47,462 nt of DNA from UHGV virus genome UHGV-0128156; one strand, 5' to 3'. The DNA is from a virus. The position numbers and the translations under genes are program-made. Shown here one piece after another: positions 42,064 through 47,462 of this stretch. Under the pieces are notes generated by a model. That model was not told the DNA's origin. It ran no database searches and was given only the letters and a program-made list of their open reading frames with translations. How positions within the stretch are numbered: position 1 is the first letter of the stretch; the number at the start of each line of letters is the position of its first letter.

Positions 42064-44178
42064 ATGAACAACTACGCGTATCTCATTAAAGCAAAGGCAA
42101 AAGCCACCGAAGCTAAAAACCTCTTCTGCTGGTTCTCTGCTAAATCCGATTCCCGCGCCGAACGCCGTATCCTGGACATTCTGGAAGACGCTGAGATTAA
42201 TGTTGGCCGCGGCGCCAACCACCAGCTGCCTATCCGCACCAACTGGTTTATCGTTGATGACCTACCGGAAGAAGGTGTACTGGATGACACCTGGTGTGAC
42301 CGCTACGAACTTGGCGAGGATGGACTGAGCTGGCAAAAAATTGCTGCTCCAGTCCCTGCTGAGCCAGAAGTAAGCAATGAACCGGTAGCTAACCCCCCTG
42401 TCAGCAAGAATGATGAAGAGGACTATTCGGCCAATGAAGATGCCCTGTTCAACCTGGCTGAAATGCCTTTCCGCACGCAGCTGCTTGCCCAGTACATGGC
42501 CGACGATCGCCATGTTTATCACATTAGCATTCCGCACCGTGACCGCCTTTCTGTGATGGAAATGGATACGGAGAATCACGCTGTACAGAATCTGATTCTG
42601 GCTGCTGAAAATGTTCCGGAAATTAAGAAATACGATATGCCTGGTCTGTGGAAATTCACCAGTGCCTTCAAAACCGTTTTCCCAGAAGGAAAGCGCTATG
42701 AGCTTGGTAAGCAGGTTCAGTTTACCAAATTGTGGTTTGAAACGGCACACATTGACCGTGGGGTCCTAAGCAAAGAATGGGCTGCTGGTAATTACATATC
42801 ATCAATAAGTCGTACACCTTCAGGCGCCAATGCTGGCGGCGGCAATAAGACCGACCGTAACCCTGAGCTTAGCCATGATTTTGATAGCCTGGACCTAGAA
42901 ATTGCCTTAGCAACTCTGCCGATGGATTTTAACATCTATGATATTCCGGGCGGCGTTTACCGTCGTGCGAAAGAAATCGTTCAGAAAAAAGAAAGTCCAT
43001 TCAAAGAATGGTCCTCATCACTTCGTGCCACACCTGGGATCCTCGATTACTCGCGCGCAGCAATTTTCGCTCTGATCCGCGAAGCGTCTTCTGGATTAAC
43101 TCCATTCCCAGATAGGCTTCGTGGCTATATCAGCGCGAGCCTTACAGAAAGCGAGCATTCAAAGCCCTCAGAAGAAACACTAAAAGCAGCACGTCATACC
43201 CCAAACAAAAGCTGGGAAAGCGAAATTAGCCGCCAGCTTGCCGCAGACCGCGGGGAGTTTGTTGAAGGGATAAGTGACCCAACAGATCCAAAGTGGGTAA
43301 CAGAACATCTGACAGAAACTAAGCAACCAGGAGTTGCCAACCTCGGCGGCGGCGTGTTCTCCATTGATGGCCTCATGTCATCAGAAACCACAGCCCAGGA
43401 AAAAGAGACCACCAGCGATGTGCAGATGGAAGAGAATTTCGGGAATGAAACCGAAACTGATAATGAAATTTCTGAGAGCGAAACAGCAACTGAGACAGGT
43501 GCAGGTAATGCTGACATTGGTAGCGAAACAACTACCGTAAATATTGAATCCGGACATCATAATGATGTTGAAGATTTACCAGCAGATAATATTCACGTCA
43601 TGGTTGACCTTGAAACCATGGGGAATAAACAAGACGCTCCTATCGTCGCTATCGGCGCAGTTGTGTTTGATCCGGCAACAGGCTCAATCGGAGAAAGTTT
43701 CTACAAAGTCGTAAGCCTGGAATCCTCAGTGAATTGGGGCGCCAAAATGGATCCATCAACCGTCATCTGGTGGCTTAAGCAGTCCTCTGAAGCGCGCTCG
43801 GCAATCGTGAATGATGATGCTATCCCGCTACATGATGCCCTGCTCCAGTTCGGTGAATTCATTTTTGAAAATATCCCGGGCGGTCGCAAAAAAGCACAGG
43901 TCTGGGGAAATGGCGCATCTTTCGATAATTGTATTCTGCGTTCTTCATTTGATTTCATCGCTGAAGAATACCCATGGGAATACTGGAATGATCGCGATGT
44001 TCGAACAATTGTAGAGCTCGGTAAAGCAATTGGAATCGACCCAAAGAAAACCATCCCATTTGAGGGAGAACGGCACAACGCCCTTGCCGATGCTATACAC
44101 CAGGCCCGGTATGTTTCTGCAATCTGGCAGCGTCTCATTGAGGGTAATAGAGTGCTGCGAAAACTGACTCAAAACTGA
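42064..44178 (+). CDS. Large early protein with a C-terminal DEDDh (DnaQ-like) 3'-5' exonuclease domain and a long N-terminal region of unknown function with an acidic linker
   Basis: The C-terminal ~190 aa carry VMVDLETMG (Exo I), ...WGNGASFD... (Exo II) and HNALADA (Exo III, H-x4-D). The N-terminal 500 aa are unassigned, followed by an ETETDNEISESETATETG acidic tract. Confidence 0.65.
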   Translation: MNNYAYLIKAKAKATEAKNLFCWFSAKSDSRAERRILDILEDAEINVGRGANHQLPIRTNWFIVDDLPEEGVLDDTWCDRYELGEDGLSWQKIAAPVPAEPEVSNEPVANPPVSKNDEEDYSANEDALFNLAEMPFRTQLLAQYMADDRHVYHISIPHRDRLSVMEMDTENHAVQNLILAAENVPEIKKYDMPGLWKFTSAFKTVFPEGKRYELGKQVQFTKLWFETAHIDRGVLSKEWAAGNYISSISRTPSGANAGGGNKTDRNPELSHDFDSLDLEIALATLPMDFNIYDIPGGVYRRAKEIVQKKESPFKEWSSSLRATPGILDYSRAAIFALIREASSGLTPFPDRLRGYISASLTESEHSKPSEETLKAARHTPNKSWESEISRQLAADRGEFVEGISDPTDPKWVTEHLTETKQPGVANLGGGVFSIDGLMSSETTAQEKETTSDVQMEENFGNETETDNEISESETATETGAGNADIGSETTTVNIESGHHNDVEDLPADNIHVMVDLETMGNKQDAPIVAIGAVVFDPATGSIGESFYKVVSLESSVNWGAKMDPSTVIWWLKQSSEARSAIVNDDAIPLHDALLQFGEFIFENIPGGRKKAQVWGNGASFDNCILRSSFDFIAEEYPWEYWNDRDVRTIVELGKAIGIDPKKTIPFEGERHNALADAIHQARYVSAIWQRLIEGNRVLRKLTQN

Positions 44179-44247
44179 TTTTTTATTTTCAGAATTACGC
44201 CCACCAGCCAGTTATCTTTTACTGGCTGGCTATCTGAGGTGATAGCT

Positions 44248-44481
44248 ATGTACGAACTCACACTGTCACCAGTGGAAATTGCTGAAATTACTGGATACAG
44301 ACGGTACACAGAACAGCAGCGTCAACTTCGATGTCACGGCATTCCGTTTACTACGGATCGAAGAAATCGCCCAATTGTCCTGCGTAGAAGTCTGGCACCT
44401 AATATTACTGAATTGCCAAAGGTTGACGAGTATGTTGCAACAGAACCCAACTTTGACGCCATCTATGGGAAGACCACGTAA
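44248..44481 (+). CDS. xis: Excisionase-like protein (DUF4224 family)
   Basis: ELTLSPVEIAEITGYRRYTEQQRQLRCHGIPF...RPIVLRRSL matches the conserved DUF4224 pattern found next to integrases. GAGGTG RBS. Confidence 0.65.
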   Translation: MYELTLSPVEIAEITGYRRYTEQQRQLRCHGIPFTTDRRNRPIVLRRSLAPNITELPKVDEYVATEPNFDAIYGKTT

Positions 44482-45502
44482 AGATCCGAAGGATATACAA
44501 CTTCCGCCTCGGGTCACAAAAAATAAATATAGCTATGTCTGGAAACCAAAAGGTACAAAGAAAAGTATTAGTTTGGGGAAGATACGCGAAACAAGTATGT
44601 CAAAACTCTGGGCCAATTACGAAAAAGCAAAAGCTGAGCGCCATGACGTAATGACATTTGCCAAGCTATGGGGAATGTTCCTCGACAGCCCGACATTCAC
44701 TGAGCTGGCGACTCGTACCCAAAGTGATTATCGCCAACACCAGAAGAAGCTACTGGCAGTATTCGGCAAGATGAAAGCAGACGACATTAAAATTGAGCAG
44801 GTTCGTATTTATATGGATAAGCGCGGCGTTTCCAGTAAGAACCAGGCAAATCAGGAAGTATCCAGCATGTCGCGGGTTTTTGGTTGGGGCTTTGAACGTG
44901 GCTATGTGAAGGGAAATCCATGTCGCGGGATCCGTAAGTTCACTCTCGCAGATCGTGACGTTTATATTCCAGATGAAGATTATCTGGCTGTTTACGAATG
45001 CGCACGAATAGAAGTAAAGGTTGCGATGGAGATATCTTATCTCTGCGCAGCCCGCGAAGGCGACGTTTTTGATTTGATAATTACCGAGCTAATGGAAGAT
45101 GGGATTTTTATTGAGCAAAACAAGACGGGTAAAAAACAGATCAAGAAATGGACACCACGTCTACGGGCAGCGATTGATCTGGCTAAAAAACATCTTATCG
45201 GAAAATCAGCAGCCGGTTATGTAATCCCTTCACCATCAGGTGGACGGATGAATAAAAAAACATTCAATACATGGTGGAATAACGCGAAAAAGCAAGCCGC
45301 GGTGAAACTGGGTCGACCTGTTCCGGGTACGTTCCACGATATTAAAGCCAAGGCAATTTCAGACTATGATGGTAGTAGCAGAGATAAGCAACTTTTTTCA
45401 GGGCATAAAACTGAAAGTCAAGTGTCAAGTTATGACCGAAAAATAAAAGTAACACCAACCCTTAACCTTGAACCTCTTCTCAACGAAAAAAAAGCCCGCT
45501 AA
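44465..45502 (+). CDS. int: Lambda-family tyrosine integrase
   Basis: N-terminus MGRPRKDPKDIQLPPRVTKNKYSYVWKPKGT parallels lambda Int MGRRRSHERRDLPPNLYIRNNGYY. C-terminal H..K...GH......Y catalytic region. Confidence 0.85.
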   Translation: MGRPRKDPKDIQLPPRVTKNKYSYVWKPKGTKKSISLGKIRETSMSKLWANYEKAKAERHDVMTFAKLWGMFLDSPTFTELATRTQSDYRQHQKKLLAVFGKMKADDIKIEQVRIYMDKRGVSSKNQANQEVSSMSRVFGWGFERGYVKGNPCRGIRKFTLADRDVYIPDEDYLAVYECARIEVKVAMEISYLCAAREGDVFDLIITELMEDGIFIEQNKTGKKQIKKWTPRLRAAIDLAKKHLIGKSAAGYVIPSPSGGRMNKKTFNTWWNNAKKQAAVKLGRPVPGTFHDIKAKAISDYDGSSRDKQLFSGHKTESQVSSYDRKIKVTPTLNLEPLLNEKKAR

Positions 45503-45512
45503 TGCGGGCTTG
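45484..45512 (-). terminator. Intrinsic terminator for the zinc-ribbon gene, overlapping the int stop codon
   Basis: Minus strand reads AAGCCCGCATTAGCGGGCTT followed by TTTTTTTCG. Confidence 0.65.
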
Positions 45513-45523
45513 ATAAAGAGATT

Positions 45524-45733
45524 TTATGCTGCTTTTTTCTCAGAGCAGTTGCAAAGTGGAATAGGAAAAGGTTTTCCTTTCTTTGCGTGACGCACTACAC
45601 CATCTACACATACGGTATAGCGAAAAATAATCTCGCAAGTATTACCACATTTGCGACAGGTTCCAGTAGCCATAAGCTTCCTTCCCTGCATACCTGTAAA
45701 TTCATACAGATTGCACTTTGTTGGGAGAACCAC
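45524..45733 (-). CDS. Small Cys-rich zinc-ribbon protein
   Basis: CRKCGNTC...C.....CNC motifs. 55-69 aa depending on start. Confidence 0.4.
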   Translation of the reverse strand: MVLPTKCNLYEFTGMQGRKLMATGTCRKCGNTCEIIFRYTVCVDGVVRHAKKGKPFPIPLCNCSEKKAA

Positions 45734-45845
45734 TACACTGCGCTTGTCAAAGAAGAGTGTTGCGGTTGAATTACCTCCATACTCTGCGGAATGTGTTAGA
45801 GCACTTTCCGCCCCTCTAAAGCCCTGTTAGAGCAGGGCTTTAATT

Positions 45846-46286
45846 TTATTCTTCCGTTGCAATCGAAGGAATGTGCCAAGGCAAATCGATACTTTGCATA
45901 GGTGTATTCTGCATCGTTGACTCAAGAGCCAACTTCATGGATATCGAATAAAAATTTTCAAAAAACCAAGCATTTTCTTTACAAAATTCATCTGTAATAG
46001 GCTGTTTATCTTCAACATCAAAGTAAACTAAAATTTTAGAGTTTACCTCGAAGGCGAGACCGTCCTCATTTGGATTTTCAGGATCTTCAAGAGCCTGTTC
46101 GTCAAAACCTTTGATTGATGATTCGACAATGATCTGAATATTCCCCTTCTCTTCAGACTCATTATAATCGTATCCAAACTGGCATTTATCCACGGATAGC
46201 TTAAATCGACCGCCTTCGCTGTCCTTATGCTGCACAAACTGTGAAGATGAAATCTCGAATCCGCCGTATTTAATTTTCTCTAGCAT
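45846..46286 (-). CDS. Hypothetical acidic protein, translationally coupled downstream of hicB
   Basis: Start MLEKIKYGG overlaps the hicB stop. AT-rich. No recognisable domain. Confidence 0.5.
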   Translation of the reverse strand: MLEKIKYGGFEISSSQFVQHKDSEGGRFKLSVDKCQFGYDYNESEEKGNIQIIVESSIKGFDEQALEDPENPNEDGLAFEVNSKILVYFDVEDKQPITDEFCKENAWFFENFYSISMKLALESTMQNTPMQSIDLPWHIPSIATEE

Positions 46287-46744
46287 CAGTGATGAGTCCC
46301 TTTGCTGATGGCACCAACCCATTTAGTCTCACGAAATGAACTGGCATTGTATTCATGAGCGAATACTTCAGTTTTCTCGCGCTTTTCAATGTGGAAGTGG
46401 TATTCCGTTTTACCGACGACTTTCTCTTCGATTGCTGACTTAACATAATCATTGAGACTTTTACCCTCAGCACACGCTGACAGATACGCTTTCTTATGCA
46501 AATCAGGTCCGATACGAACGTTAAACGTACCACTCATAGGCTTCTCTGGGTCTTTATTGAGAGCCATACAGGTTTCAAGATAATCATCGACAGCTTCTTC
46601 GAAGGCAGACTGTAAACCATCAAGTGTTTCCGCCTCGTACGTAACAAGATCATTTACGCATTGAATCTTCCCATGGAGAACTTTGTCCTCTAAAGAAAAT
46701 TCAACACTTCCAAAATAACCTTTAAATTTCAGCATATTACTCAT
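46286..46744 (-). CDS. hicB: HicB-family antitoxin (HicB fold plus RHH-like C-terminal region, with a C-terminal extension)
   Basis: KFKGYFGSVEFSLEDKVLHGKI...GTFNVRI...GKSLNDYVKSAIEEKV follows the HicB pattern. Downstream of hicA and overlapping it. Confidence 0.7.
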   Translation of the reverse strand: MSNMLKFKGYFGSVEFSLEDKVLHGKIQCVNDLVTYEAETLDGLQSAFEEAVDDYLETCMALNKDPEKPMSGTFNVRIGPDLHKKAYLSACAEGKSLNDYVKSAIEEKVVGKTEYHFHIEKREKTEVFAHEYNASSFRETKWVGAISKGTHH

Positions 46745-46985
46745 AATTATCTAGCTCATCTAAGAGAGCCCTAACATCCTTCAGCACGTACTCTTTTACG
46801 ATATTGCCTGGGTGAGGGCAGTGATATGAGACCAAACGACCATTTTGATTAACAAACTTTCGCCTAGAACCAGTGCCATTGAGGACATTAAAGCCATATT
46901 GACCCAGCAAAGTAACGAGCTCATCCCAGGTAAAATCTTTCGGAAGCGATCCAAGTCGCTCGCGTAGTTTCTTACTTTTACTCAT
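46737..46985 (-). CDS. hicA: HicA-family toxin (YcfA-like mRNA interferase)
   Basis: MSKSKKLRERLGSLPKDFTWDELVTLLGQYGFNVLNGTGSRRKF...HCPHPGNIVKEYVLKDV matches the HicA_toxin pattern. Sits upstream of hicB. Confidence 0.7.
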   Translation of the reverse strand: MSKSKKLRERLGSLPKDFTWDELVTLLGQYGFNVLNGTGSRRKFVNQNGRLVSYHCPHPGNIVKEYVLKDVRALLDELDNYE

Positions 46986-47331
46986 TCCAGTATATCCATC
47001 AAGGGCCTGATTGCAACTAAAATCCAGTTGCAGACATTGTAACGGAAAAGTCACCGAAGTCACATAAGAAGCATCATGAATATAAGTGTTTCTTACTAAC
47101 TTGTGCCTGTTGAAGATAAATCAAAAAAAATAAAACTTTTAAAACATATAGTTATGGTAATTTCAGTAAAGACATAACGGTCAATAAGCAAGCAAAATGG
47201 AGGTTGGAACGCCCAAAATGTTGCAAAACTGCTTAGTTCTTTACAAAGTAAGGTTATTGTATCAAGAAAATTCTGAAAGAGGTGAATGCGAGATGTAAAA
47301 GAAATGTATATGAAGAAAGTTAGTTAGAGAA

Positions 47332-47363
47332 TATACCAAGCGAGTATACCAACACTATACCAA
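47332..47363. repeat. Three direct repeats of TATACCAA (possible integrase arm-type sites near the att junction)
   Basis: Copies at 47332, 47345 and 47356, just upstream of the tRNA-Ser 3' end. Confidence 0.4.
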
Positions 47364-47376
47364 CAACCAAAAGCAA

Positions 47377-47410
47377 CAAGGGGTTACCTTTCGGTAACCC
47401 CTTGTTTTAT
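47377..47410. terminator. Strong hairpin terminator adjacent to the tRNA-Ser 3' end
   Basis: CAAGGGGTTACCtttcGGTAACCCCTTG followed by TTTTATTT. Confidence 0.6.
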
Positions 47411-47411
47411 T

Positions 47412-47462
47412 TGGCGGAAGCGTAGAGATTCGAACTCTAGAACCCTTTCGGGTCGCCGGTTT
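47412..47462 (-). tRNA. serT: tRNA-Ser (serT-like, UGA anticodon type), 3' portion only; the 5' part lies beyond the window end
   Basis: Minus strand reads ...AAACCGGCGACCCGAAAGGGTTCTAGAGTTCGAATCTCTACGCTTCCGCCA, with a long variable arm, T-loop and CCA end. Near-identical to the E. coli serT 3' half. Confidence 0.8.

Larger units (their letters stand above)
1..45520. mobile_element. Lambdoid prophage (HK97-like head and packaging genes, lambda-like tail and immunity layout); left boundary lies beyond the window start, right boundary near int and tRNA-Ser
   Basis: Contiguous phage modules: tail fibre, J, I, K, L, M, H, G/GT, V, head genes, terL, terS, HNH, lysis, Q-like, replication, cro/cI, exo, xis, int. 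Int is lambda-type, with a partial tRNA-Ser about 1.9 kb beyond. Confidence 0.85.

Overview
The window is almost entirely one lambdoid prophage of Enterobacteriaceae type, roughly 45 kb. It has an HK97-like packaging and head module, a lambda-like tail module and a lambda-like immunity, replication and integration layout. Nearly all genes are on the minus strand. Reading from high to low coordinates: cro, a cII-position gene, an O-like replication initiator, a P-like helicase loader, small early genes, a GNAT acetyltransferase moron, then a strong bidirectional terminator. Next comes a LexA-box promoter driving a dinI homologue, a small unknown gene, a LexA DNA-binding-domain-only protein, a 67-aa protein, a DUF968 HNH-like protein and a Q-position late regulator. 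A late pR'-like promoter follows with three consecutive intrinsic terminators, then a lysis cassette (holin, GH108 endolysin, a 3-TM membrane protein, overlapped i-/o-spanins), an AT-rich island and an HNH gene flanked by two small paralogues. After that come terS (P27 family) and terL, a small membrane ORF, portal, S49 prohead protease, HK97-fold major capsid protein, connector and adaptor genes, a major tail protein, a G/G-T frameshift chaperone pair, the tape measure protein, M, L and K, a lipoprotein moron, I, an opposite-strand moron, a 3108-aa J-like host specificity protein full of internal repeats, an overlapping lipoprotein, an unknown protein and a tail fibre with a C-terminal S74 intramolecular chaperone. 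On the plus strand are a CI-like repressor that lacks a peptidase domain, a pL-like promoter, small genes, a 704-aa DEDDh exonuclease fusion, a DUF4224 excisionase-like gene and a lambda-type integrase. Beyond the integrase lies an AT-rich island carrying hicA, hicB, a coupled third gene and a zinc-ribbon gene, then putative arm-type repeats and a partial tRNA-Ser (serT-like) at the window edge; this tRNA is the probable attachment site. The most interesting feature is the SOS-regulated dinI / candidate-antirepressor / LexA-NTD-only operon sitting upstream of Q. Together with the non-cleavable repressor it suggests a Gifsy-like antirepressor induction circuit with an unusual LexA-mimic component. 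All calls are from reading the sequence and the ORF translations; no database searches were run.
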